In this document: one piece after another, positions 18,995-27,935 of the stretch
Numbering within the stretch: position 1 is the stretch's first letter
How the letters are laid out: each line of letters begins with the position of its first letter
Assembly: GCA_030646715.1 (NCBI GenBank)
Contig: JAUSLJ010000034.1
Span: 5,423 to 69,422, forward strand
Origin: Agitococcus sp.
GTDB lineage: Bacteria > Pseudomonadota > Gammaproteobacteria > Pseudomonadales > Moraxellaceae
Length of the DNA stretch: 64,000 nt
Direction: 5' to 3'
Notes under the pieces: model-generated
Databases searched by the model: none
Told to the model about the DNA's origin: nothing
What the model saw: only the letters and a program-made list of their open reading frames with translations
Translations under genes and position numbers: made by a program

Positions 18995-19645
18995 ATGAAT
19001 GATTCAGATAACTCATTTGAAGACTTGCTGCTTAACCGCCCTCAACTTCCTAATGCAGAAGACCAGCTTTTTACAATTGGGGAAGACTGGCAGAATAATG
19101 CGTGTATCAACTGGTACCATAATAATTGGGAGCTCTATGCCGAAGGCTATAAAGAAGCTGGCGACTTACTTGTAAGACAAATTGGAGAAACTCGAACAGG
19201 CCAAGACACTCTGGTCTACCCGATAATATTCTTATACCGTCAATACCTTGAACTCATGCTTAAGAGCCTGATTCAAGATGCAAGAAAATTACAAGATATA
19301 GATACTCCGATCCCGTTGAACCATAAGATCCTTGACCTTTGGAAGCTCTGCCATCAACTTCTTGTAAAAATTTCACCAGACGACGCTGTAAAGGAACTTG
19401 AACATATTAATAGGCTTATTGGAGAGTTCTCCAAAATTGACCCAACATCAATGGCCTTTCGTTACCCTCAAGACAAAGAAGGAAACCCATCATTGCCCGG
19501 TATAACCCACATCAATCTTAGGGTGGTGGGCGAAGTGATTGGCAAAATATCAGTCATCCTGAACGGATCAAGCATGCAGATCAGTGAGTACCTCTCTATT
19601 AAAGCCGAATTAGAAAGTGAATATCGGCATGATTTTGATATATAA
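18995..19645 (+). CDS. Hypothetical protein (216 aa, AT-rich islet)
   Basis: Clean ORF with an ATG start in a low-GC block. I recognise no motif. Abi/HEPN-like is only a guess. Confidence 0.5.
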   Translation: MNDSDNSFEDLLLNRPQLPNAEDQLFTIGEDWQNNACINWYHNNWELYAEGYKEAGDLLVRQIGETRTGQDTLVYPIIFLYRQYLELMLKSLIQDARKLQDIDTPIPLNHKILDLWKLCHQLLVKISPDDAVKELEHINRLIGEFSKIDPTSMAFRYPQDKEGNPSLPGITHINLRVVGEVIGKISVILNGSSMQISEYLSIKAELESEYRHDFDI

Positions 19646-19764
19646 ATGAAGTGACTTCTCTTTGTTGATGGCAGGCTCGCTTTCTAGTGCATCATGACAT
19701 TAAGGAATAATTCTCACGCTAGCTCTACCCTCAAATTAATGATGATCGTATAACAGGTGAAATT

Positions 19765-20073
19765 ATGGCAGCCACAAAAGTTATAGGCCCTCACTCTTGG
19801 CAGCAGTCTTTAACAAACCGCGATCGAGACTTTAAGTTGTTTCGTATCCCCGGAAGCATTGTTAATACTAACGAGATCAAATCAAATACGAAACGGAATA
19901 TTAAAATTACTCTCAGTACGGGAAAAGTATTGCAAGGGTTTTGCTCTGTAACCAGCGGAACTGAAATCTACATTCCGAAAGAGTTTTCTGAATATCTCAA
20001 AGAGTCTAAATGGTTTGATTGCGATATCATTGGCAACAATACTGGAGAGAAAACAACTCTTGAGTGGGTCTAA
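19765..20073 (+). CDS. Hypothetical protein (102 aa)
   Basis: ORF with an ATG start and a purine-rich stretch upstream (aacaggtgaaatt). No recognisable domain. Confidence 0.4.
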   Translation: MAATKVIGPHSWQQSLTNRDRDFKLFRIPGSIVNTNEIKSNTKRNIKITLSTGKVLQGFCSVTSGTEIYIPKEFSEYLKESKWFDCDIIGNNTGEKTTLEWV

Positions 20074-20425
20074 TCATTTTTAAAATATCCTACTTGTCAG
20101 GTAAGTGGCCAAAAGTGCTTCCTTGACAGATGTTCAATAAGCTATCAAACTTAGGCTGTCGATAGAGAACTTTCGATTTTACATACGCGACAATGATGTT
20201 GACGTTTGGCATATAAAATAGATGCCGGAAACTTATTACCGTTAGGTACGAGTCCTTTCATGGTTATAGCAGCTCAACGTTCTGGAAAATTTCGGAACAA
20301 TACAGCCCCCATTCAGATACCTGAGTGGTGGACAATAGACGTACAAACTGAAGTTCTGAACTTCGGAAACTCTATTGCTGCCCAACAAATCCTGAAAGCA
20401 AACAGTCTAACCACAGGTTCCGAGC

Positions 20426-20908
20426 ATGAAGATCACCCTCAACATAGAACTCAGCCCAAACGCAAACGTACTTAAGCTGGTACAAGAATTCCAATATTAC
20501 AAGCAAACTCACCCCTCCGCTATGGCTGTTTACAGCCAGACTGAGCAGGAAAAATATCCATCTGATCATGCTTTGTTTGGTCGTGATAAACTTTTCTTGA
20601 GTCCTCTCTCAGCAGAGAGGGAACAACTTCATCACCTACACTTTTGGACAGCTAATTCTGCGCACCGAGAATGGAAACCAGGCAACCCTGACGGTCTTTT
20701 CCAGTGGTATTGTACAAGCGATAGCTACTTGATTTATTCGGTGATTAATCATGACAAAGACTTTCATCATTTTCATATCCATGCCGTCGTAGACCCCAAT
20801 GCCCATGCAATCTATAAAGACCACAAGCTGATCAACATTTGGGCTAAGGAAGCTATGAATATTAGACTTGGCTGTACATCTCCCTATATCTTCACCTCGC
20901 CAGAATAG
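20426..20908 (+). CDS. YafO-like type II toxin (putative ribosome-dependent mRNA interferase)
   Basis: 160 aa. 'FGRDKLF...LHHLHFW...TSDSYLIYSV...DPNAHAIYKDHKLINIWAKEAMN' parallels the E. coli YafO pattern 'FGRDALY...VAHIHL...TNDEAHLVYC...KPEPHKLARDNNQMHKIGKMAEAF' as I recall it. Confidence 0.5.
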   Translation: MKITLNIELSPNANVLKLVQEFQYYKQTHPSAMAVYSQTEQEKYPSDHALFGRDKLFLSPLSAEREQLHHLHFWTANSAHREWKPGNPDGLFQWYCTSDSYLIYSVINHDKDFHHFHIHAVVDPNAHAIYKDHKLINIWAKEAMNIRLGCTSPYIFTSPE

Positions 20909-21155
20909 GCTTAATCACCTAGCGTTATAGATATCTAGTGATTTAACTCTCCTGTAATAACAGCCATCATGGAGCCTTTTATATAGGGTATGTGCGGAAT
21001 AAAAACAGCCAAACGTATAGGACTTCCTTGACTATACGAAATTGAGTAACTTCATTTTAAACATGATGAATCGTAAGAAAACTTCTTACGATTTTTGATA
21101 GTTAGTTTGCCCTTATATAAAGCATAGCTGGTAGGAACTTCAGGAGTGAGAAGAC

Positions 21156-22898
21156 ATGTCATTCAATACAATAAGATCAATTGTAACTCGTTTTGTTAAG
21201 GACGGTACCGCCAATGTCCTCGTGATTAAAGGTGCATGGGGTGTAGGGAAAACACATGCTTGGCGTGAAATTCTCAAAGAGAATAAAGGTAATATACTGT
21301 TTTTTAAAAACTACTGTTATGTCTCATTATTTGGCATATCCTCAATGGCTGAGCTAAAAACAACTATTTTCTCAAAAACTCAGCAAATTACGGTATTAGA
21401 AGAAAAAATATCCTTCAAAGTTTTGAACCAGCATTGGGCAACACTGGCTTCCGCTAAAACCAAGGAAGCAATGCAAGGTCTTTCAAAGTTTATCAACGAG
21501 CTGCCGTATGGAAAAAATTTAACTATTGGCATAGAGTCTATTGCTCCGCACTTTATGAGAGATATGATTATTTGCCTTGACGACTTTGAGAGGCTTGACC
21601 CCAAACTTGTTAACCATGAAGAGCTACTTGGGTTTATTTCAGAACTTAAAGAAGAGAAAAACTGTAAAATAATTTTGATTTTTAATGAGAAGGCGCTTAG
21701 CTCAAAAGCCGCTTATGACAAATATAAAGAAAAAGTAGTCGATATAGAGCTCTATTTCAATTTAACCTCACTAGAAGCTTTTGAATTGGCCTGCCCTTTA
21801 GAGCTTCCAAATCGAGAAGACATCAAGAAATGTATAATCTCTTTAGATATAAATAACATTCGAATACTACGTAAAATATCAGACTTAGTCCTCATCATTC
21901 ATAAAGAAATAGGTCATTTACATGACACCGTAATGAAGCAAGCAATAAACACCCTTGTACTCTTTACATGGTGTGCATATGACAATCATGATGATAAACC
22001 GTCAACTGAGTTCATATTAAAATGGAACAGTTTTACTTGGGCTATGGGCCTAGATAGCCAAGCAAAAAAAGAAGCGAAACAGATCGTATGGGCTCAAAAG
22101 CTTCAGCAATATGGCATATTAAATATTGATAAGTTTGACTTATCCATACTTAATGTAATTAAGTGCGGTTATACAGATGAAACTGGGCTGTTAGATTATG
22201 CAAAGGAAGTAGACAGTGAATCTCGAGTTAGTGATGAGATTAATGAATTCAGGTCCACTATTAATCTCATATATGAAACTTTTTTAGATAATGAGAGTAC
22301 TATAATTGAGCAGCTTACATATTGTGTAAGAAATTCTGCCCGCTATATATCTCCGAACAATTTGAACTCTGCCATAATAATTTTAAGACAGCTTGATCAG
22401 AATACTCTTGCAGACTCATTGATTGATTATTATATTGAAGCCCGAAAACTAGAAACAAGAATTTTTGACCTAAAAGGCTCATTATTCTCTCGAGATATAA
22501 ATGACCCTGTCCTTATTGAACGCTTCAATAAAAAATACGATGAAATTGAAACACCTCCAGCATTGTACGATGTCGTAAAAACTGTCGCCGATAATAATGC
22601 ATGGTCTAGCAGGCATCTAGAAGTATTAAGCAAAGCGACTGTTAGTGACTTCGAATATCTATTTCAAAGCAAACACGGCTCAGAACTAGCTAGACTTATT
22701 CGAGCATGTCTTCAGTTTGAAAGTTTTGAGAATTCACCAGAATACACGCTAATAGGTCAAAACGCGCATGCAGCACTGGTCAAAATAGGTCAAAAAAATA
22801 GATTAAATGCCCTTCGTGTTCGCAATTTTGGCATTCCTATTAGTATAAGCCAACCCTCTTCTTCAACCTCAATTGTAGAAGAAAGTGCTGATAGGTAG
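21156..22898 (+). CDS. KAP-family P-loop NTPase
   Basis: 580 aa. Walker A 'KGAWGVGKTHAW', Walker B-like 'IICLDDFERL', and a long helical C-terminal region fit the KAP family. Confidence 0.7.
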   Translation: MSFNTIRSIVTRFVKDGTANVLVIKGAWGVGKTHAWREILKENKGNILFFKNYCYVSLFGISSMAELKTTIFSKTQQITVLEEKISFKVLNQHWATLASAKTKEAMQGLSKFINELPYGKNLTIGIESIAPHFMRDMIICLDDFERLDPKLVNHEELLGFISELKEEKNCKIILIFNEKALSSKAAYDKYKEKVVDIELYFNLTSLEAFELACPLELPNREDIKKCIISLDINNIRILRKISDLVLIIHKEIGHLHDTVMKQAINTLVLFTWCAYDNHDDKPSTEFILKWNSFTWAMGLDSQAKKEAKQIVWAQKLQQYGILNIDKFDLSILNVIKCGYTDETGLLDYAKEVDSESRVSDEINEFRSTINLIYETFLDNESTIIEQLTYCVRNSARYISPNNLNSAIIILRQLDQNTLADSLIDYYIEARKLETRIFDLKGSLFSRDINDPVLIERFNKKYDEIETPPALYDVVKTVADNNAWSSRHLEVLSKATVSDFEYLFQSKHGSELARLIRACLQFESFENSPEYTLIGQNAHAALVKIGQKNRLNALRVRNFGIPISISQPSSSTSIVEESADR

Positions 22899-23010
22899 CT
22901 CTCCTATGAACGCCTATTTTTTTTTATTGGAATTGCATCGGTAATCACCCCTAAAAATAACCGCTTTCAAAAGTAGAATTTTCTCGTACGATAAACGCAG
23001 GAGATTCTGC

Positions 23011-23554
23011 ATGAAGACATCGAAATCTAGTGACAGCCAGATCATGGCTATTCTCAAACAAGCGGAAGCAGGGACACCTGCGCCAGAGTTGTGCCGTGAA
23101 CACGGCATCAGCTCAGCGACTTTCTACAAATGGCGATCACGATTTGGCGGCATGGATGCCTCCATTACATGGCTCGACTGAAAGAGTTGGAAGCGGAAAA
23201 TGCCCGCTTGAAAAAGATGTATGCCGAAGAACGGCTTAAAGCCGAAATACTCAAAGAGGCTATCGAAAAAAAGTGGTAAAGCCGTCGCGCCGACGGGAGT
23301 TAGCGCAAAAGGCGGTGAAAGAAAGAGCCATCCCTGTACGCCTCGCGTGTGCCCTGTTTGGCATGTGTTTTTACTTTTTACGCAACGTGAAACGTTTTTG
23401 CTGGAATCACAAGCGAGTGCTGCGGATTTATCGCGAGCTGGAGCTGAACTTACGCATTAAAGTGAAGAAGCGGTTAAAGCGCGACAAACCTGAGGCTCTA
23501 TCCTCCCACCAACTAATAGTTCCAACTTTCTGGGCCATACTCCAGCCACACTGA
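23011..23554 (+). pseudogene. IS3-family (IS407/IS3-group-like) transposase remnant: frameshifted orfA plus internally deleted, truncated orfB
   Basis: OrfA-like 'MKTSKSSDSQIMAILKQAEAGTPAPELCREHGISSATFYKWRSRFGGMDAS' is interrupted, then continues as 'MARLKELEAENARLKKMYAEE..'. An A7G slippery run lies at 23266-23273. The OrfB start 'VKPSRRRELAQKAV...' jumps to 'NHKRVLRIYRELELNLR' and ends before any DDE domain. Confidence 0.75.
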
Positions 23555-23689
23555 CCTTGTGCTTTTGTCCGTTGACCATCATGTTGCTATTGATGATCAG
23601 CTTATTGCTTCTATTGACAACTCCAACTGCACTTCAATAATGACAAACACAGCCATCCATAATGTGGCCACTCCCGTGAGTTCTGGGAC

Positions 23690-23958
23690 CAGCAAGACGG
23701 CTTTGATATGTGGTTACAGGCAGCGGCGATTATCGTCATCACCCTAACTGTCAACGCAATTTACTGGTTTTGCTGTAAGCGCAGTGCTGTTGGGCTTGGG
23801 CACGACGTTGGTTTACCCAACTTTGCTGGCAGCGATGACATGTGGTTGACCCCGCTTGACGAGCTTCAGCGGTAGATATTTATCGACTCTGGAGTGATCT
23901 GGGTTACGCCGTGGGCGCGTTGTTATCGGGGTTGGTCGCCGACAGTTTGGTGTCATGA
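23690..23958 (+). pseudogene. MFS-transporter C-terminal fragment (frameshift plus in-frame TGA)
   Basis: 'TGFAVSAVLLGLGTTLVYPTLLAAM' and 'VDPA*RASAVDIYRLWSDLGYAVGALLSGLVADSLVS*' read in shifted frames. Together they resemble the last TM helices of an MFS permease. Confidence 0.4.
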
Positions 23959-24037
23959 GTGCTATGTGGCTATCTATGGCTGAGTCGTACAAAGTTGGGA
24001 CTAGGGAAATTTAGACCGCTACGGCTACTGTGAAATC

Positions 24038-24075
24038 CTTAACGTGCTTTAAATTCCGTTTCCTGAGACGCCCCC
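24038..24075. repeat. Tn3-family 38-bp IR, copy 2 (same orientation as copy 1)
   Basis: CTTAACGTGCTTTAAATTCCGTTTCCTGAGACGCCCCC is 37/38 identical to copy 1. Confidence 0.7.
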
Positions 24076-24320
24076 ATTAATGACGATAGTGTAGGTCTTT
24101 TGATATAAATATCCAGAGAGGGGGAGCATATCGCTAACGCCCATATTTTTTATTGACATCTATTTGCTAGAAATTTCAAACAATCTGAAATTTTGATCGT
24201 AGAAAACGAAAAATCGTACGCTATAAATACGATGAAAATGTCGAGAAAGTTGCTTTTTCATTTATTTGGTGAGTTGGCACATAATGAAAGTGCCTTGACG
24301 TAAGAGCAGGTTGTTTCTGG

Positions 24321-24470
24321 GTTGGTGGGCGACCTGTGGCTATTCGAAAACTTGGAACTATTCTTGATGCTTTGCGTAGCAGTATGTCAAAGGCCGCTTT
24401 TGGCGTACCGCGCACGACGTTGAGGATACTCCTGCCCGAATTGGAGCAACACCATCTGATTCGGAAATGA
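24321..24470 (+). pseudogene. Resolvase/invertase-type C-terminal HTH fragment
   Basis: 'GRPVAIRKLGTILDALRSSMSKAAFGVPRTTLRILL...' resembles the GRP-linker plus HTH tail of serine recombinases. No catalytic domain lies upstream. It ends 6 nt before IR copy 3. Confidence 0.35.
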
Positions 24471-24476
24471 TTTTAG

Positions 24477-24514
24477 CTTAGCGTACTTTAAATTCCGCTT
24501 CGTGAGCAGACACC
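24477..24514. repeat. Tn3-family 38-bp IR, copy 3 (degenerate, same orientation)
   Basis: CTTAGCGTACTTTAAATTCCGCTTCGTGAGCAGACACC matches copy 1 at 31/38 positions. Confidence 0.55.
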
Positions 24515-24517
24515 TAA

Positions 24518-24679
24518 TTAATAATACGCACAAGCACTCCCTTGTACGGCGAGGTCATTAAAGAAAGCCAAGAAATTAACATAATTGCCTCTTTTCATTG
24601 CTTGCACACCCAGTTCACAGTCGGCTGCTGCGGCTGATAAACTAGCGGACATCAACACAAAAAGTGCTTTTACCGTCAT
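24518..24679 (-). CDS. Small secreted protein candidate (53 aa)
   Basis: It is not in the ORF track because it is under 60 aa. The translation is MTVKALFVLMSASLSAAAADCELGVQ...ACAYY, with a signal-peptide-like N-terminus. Its ATG overlaps the stop of the upstream lipoprotein gene (ATGA). Confidence 0.3.
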   Translation of the reverse strand: MTVKALFVLMSASLSAAAADCELGVQAMKRGNYVNFLAFFNDLAVQGSACAYY

Positions 24680-25146
24680 TTGCCAACAGGCATCAACGTC
24701 ATCTTGCCATTTTCATCTTTTACCAAAGCGACCAGATCATTTATTTTTAACCCATTCATTTTTTCGTTATATTTCACTTCATAGACAAAAGCTTTTGACA
24801 GTCCCTTTGGATCGCCTTTAATGACTTTGACGATATAGTCATCATCTTGATAAGACTTTTTCAGACGTGTGGGGATTAAACTGACTAACTCTCCCACAAC
24901 AATTGAAGCGACAATATTCCCACCCAAATTACCTGCAATATTTGTCGATTGTACGATTTGTGCGGCAGTATTACTGGCGGCTTGACCATTGCCTATGCGT
25001 CCTTCTTTATCAATTTTTTTAGCGATTATTGAGTCGGGCTTTAAGAAACCACCTTCATAAAAAGACAAGGACTCTCCCTCTTTGGGAGCAGACACACATC
25101 CCGCCAGTAGTAAAACCACGCCCACACTTATCAGCCTCATCATCAC
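24676..25146 (-). CDS. Lipoprotein (156 aa), conjugative-module associated
   Basis: The lipobox 'VVLLLAGC' follows a basic N-terminus. It is co-directional with and downstream of traD. Confidence 0.6.
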   Translation of the reverse strand: MMMRLISVGVVLLLAGCVSAPKEGESLSFYEGGFLKPDSIIAKKIDKEGRIGNGQAASNTAAQIVQSTNIAGNLGGNIVASIVVGELVSLIPTRLKKSYQDDDYIVKVIKGDPKGLSKAFVYEVKYNEKMNGLKINDLVALVKDENGKMTLMPVGK

Positions 25147-25154
25147 TTTTACTC

Positions 25155-25976
25155 CTAGAAAAAATCATTAACCCATAAATCCGACCAATAAAACCCACGC
25201 GCTCTACGTTTTGGCTGTGCTTTCATAAAGCCATAGCGTGCCAAAAATGGATTGCGTCCCGTGAGATATAAATGGTTTACATGGCGCACTGCCTGTTGGC
25301 TGATATGCCCTGTCTGGATCAATGTCGCCAACGCACCTTCAAAATCGGATGCCACAAAATCGCGATGTTGGTATTTTTCTACCGCTTGCTTAATGGCAGA
25401 AGACGCAGGAATGCTAGGCATACCCCAGACTATTTTTGCCAGTAATTCGCCTTGTTCATCGGCTAGGTACAGAATTTCATTGTTTAAAGCCTCGCCCATT
25501 GGCACATTCCATTTAGGAAAACTCTCGAAGATAGTGGCGTTACGATAAAACTCATACATCATGCGTGTACGAATCACCCACGGCCGCAGATCTAAAGCCT
25601 GACAACACAAGTCAAACGTCAGTTCCTCGTCACTGACATCAAAAACAAAGGCGATACTAGCTGCCCGTAATTTCTGATTTTTGGCGTTTAAAATCGTGCC
25701 GAGATGCTCAGACAAAATATCAAAAGCAGCGGCTTCGGTTTCATCAAGAAAATGCTCTTCTATGATTCGTGTTCTTGCTGCTCCTCGATTGTCGGTAAGA
25801 AAACTGAGCGCGGCTTGATCAAATGCTTCAATATTTCCAAATGCGCGGTCAAAATCCAGTTCATCGCCCACACTATCCAAATCACTGCCTTCTCCATAAC
25901 CCATAAGAAAGCCTTGATTAAATGCTTGTCCAATAGCCATATTAAGGGCTTGTTTATCGTGGGTATAAGTATCCAT
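25155..25976 (-). CDS. Hypothetical protein (273 aa)
   Basis: Long clean ORF between traD and the lipoprotein gene. No motif recognised. Confidence 0.5.
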   Translation of the reverse strand: MDTYTHDKQALNMAIGQAFNQGFLMGYGEGSDLDSVGDELDFDRAFGNIEAFDQAALSFLTDNRGAARTRIIEEHFLDETEAAAFDILSEHLGTILNAKNQKLRAASIAFVFDVSDEELTFDLCCQALDLRPWVIRTRMMYEFYRNATIFESFPKWNVPMGEALNNEILYLADEQGELLAKIVWGMPSIPASSAIKQAVEKYQHRDFVASDFEGALATLIQTGHISQQAVRHVNHLYLTGRNPFLARYGFMKAQPKRRARGFYWSDLWVNDFF

Positions 25977-26032
25977 ATCGCTGATCCAATCAAGAGTGCC
26001 AACATCAAAAAACGGGTATCGTCGCCCATTGC

Positions 26033-27808
26033 CTAGCCCTGTTCGTCAACCTTGTCATTTTTAATCACATCACTGAGCCAACGGTTGATATTTTTGAAGA
26101 GATCCAAACCTTTGCGCGCTTGATGGTCGAAATAATTTAATTGTGCCTTACCACACTGTTGACGAAATTCTGGCGTTAACGTCAGCATTGGCACTCGAAT
26201 GTTATATAGTTTGTCTCCGCCAAAACTGACAATACATTGCCCCATGTCTAAACTCGCCAACTGGTCGGGATGCACCCGATAGACTTCTTCTTCACGCTGC
26301 GAAATCGTAATCCCCGCACTATCGCCCGCCTGTTTAATGGGGGAACTATCTATTTCTTGGCCACTTTCAGAGCGTCCTGTATTTTCGGCAATCGTCAGTG
26401 ACGCTTTGCGCTCCATGCCGATGATGTTGGCGGCTGTTTCTGCCGATTCAGGTGTGCCAATTTTGAAAAATACTTTGGTCCAGGTATTACCAATAATCAT
26501 CTGTTCTAATTCTTTAGAAATGGCTTCAAAGTTCGCTTGAGTTTGGGTTGCAGGCATTAACCAAATACGCGCACTCCGCGCTTGTTCAAACATACGCGGC
26601 CATGATTGGCTGACATACGAACCCGCCTCATCAGCAAAAACCATAAATGGCGGATTGGGTCTTTGTGCTTCGGGCAAGGCTTGCACCCACGATAACGCTG
26701 TTCTGAGATCACCAATCACCATCTTGCCAAAGTTTTGCGCTTGCTCATTTTTGCCCATCGTTGGCAGCATCACATAAATCACTTTATTGGCGCGAATTGC
26801 TTCAAAAAGGTTGACATCAGGCGTATAAGTATTCAAAACCTCGCCGAATGTTCCTGTGCCAAAATCATATAAACGGCCAGCCATACCACCTAAAATGTCT
26901 TTTAAGCGGTCAACATCAATGGTGGTTACACCCTTATTACTGACAGTTTTATAACGGTCTAGAAATAGGCGATATTGGTTGGTAATGGGACTATCGGGTT
27001 TGTCACGGACTAACAAACTCTCGACATACAGTAAAGCCTTACCGTTGAGCAATAAAATCGACAAATCCATGAAGTTGTACGCCAGCCCTGTTTCTTGAAG
27101 GGCAGCAATTAGCGTGGTGATGGCTTGCTTGGTGCTTTGCCGATAAAAGTCGGCACCTGGACTATCTTCTGAAGACGGGATTAGCGATAACAGACGTGAG
27201 GCAACCTCGTCAGCATCGCCATACAAAATAGGGTTATAACTATTACTCAATTCTGGCTTGCCAGGATTAATGACCAGTAAGTCCTGCTCTCTGCCTGCCC
27301 ATTTGCAAATTTGATACATCGTCTGCAAGTCGTCGCCGTTCATCTTGCCGTCGATAAACAACAAGCCTCCGCCTTTGACAATCTGTTGGAACATCAGGTT
27401 GGTACCGAGCACCGTCTTGCCAACACCTGACTGCCCAAGAATCCAGACGTGACGCATAAGAAAATCATAGGAAATATAGACAGGCTTGCCTTCGTCAGCG
27501 GTATAGCCAAACAACAAGGCATTTTGTTGTGCTGTTTTGTCATGCTCAGCAATAACTAATTCGGAAGACTTGATAAGGTATTTCGATTTCAGCAGGAATT
27601 TTTCACGCAGCAAAAACATCAATCGTTCATTAAAAATCCACCACGCGCCAATACCAGAGAAGGTAATAATCAACAAGCGGCGGTAGGGTTCGTAATAATG
27701 AAAAAATGGCGAGGTCAGCACTATCGAAATGGCAATCAGTAACACGGCAATCGCGTCAAAAGGCCCAGCAAGGGTTATTTTGCGTATTGTCTCAATTCGC
27801 ATCGGCAA
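26033..27808 (-). CDS. traD: Type IV coupling protein, TraD/VirD4 family
   Basis: 591 aa with two N-terminal TM segments. Walker A 'GQSGVGKTVLG' and Walker B 'FMVFADEAGSY' are present. Confidence 0.85.
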   Translation of the reverse strand: MPMRIETIRKITLAGPFDAIAVLLIAISIVLTSPFFHYYEPYRRLLIITFSGIGAWWIFNERLMFLLREKFLLKSKYLIKSSELVIAEHDKTAQQNALLFGYTADEGKPVYISYDFLMRHVWILGQSGVGKTVLGTNLMFQQIVKGGGLLFIDGKMNGDDLQTMYQICKWAGREQDLLVINPGKPELSNSYNPILYGDADEVASRLLSLIPSSEDSPGADFYRQSTKQAITTLIAALQETGLAYNFMDLSILLLNGKALLYVESLLVRDKPDSPITNQYRLFLDRYKTVSNKGVTTIDVDRLKDILGGMAGRLYDFGTGTFGEVLNTYTPDVNLFEAIRANKVIYVMLPTMGKNEQAQNFGKMVIGDLRTALSWVQALPEAQRPNPPFMVFADEAGSYVSQSWPRMFEQARSARIWLMPATQTQANFEAISKELEQMIIGNTWTKVFFKIGTPESAETAANIIGMERKASLTIAENTGRSESGQEIDSSPIKQAGDSAGITISQREEEVYRVHPDQLASLDMGQCIVSFGGDKLYNIRVPMLTLTPEFRQQCGKAQLNYFDHQARKGLDLFKNINRWLSDVIKNDKVDEQG

Positions 27809-27935
27809 TGCTTTCCATTTGTTCGTAAGGATAGTGGCGAATTAAACACATTCGCACACTAATAATTTTACCTTAAAAACAAATGGAATTGCACCGATAT
27901 TATTACGCCATGAACAACTATTGACCTAATAATCG

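Noticed and set aside
20206-20475. 89-aa ORF as the YafN-like antitoxin of the YafO-like toxin
   Set aside because: It has a non-ATG start and overlaps the toxin start by 50 nt in another frame. It has no HTH, AbrB or Phd-like features and has a low-complexity basic tail. It is unsupported.
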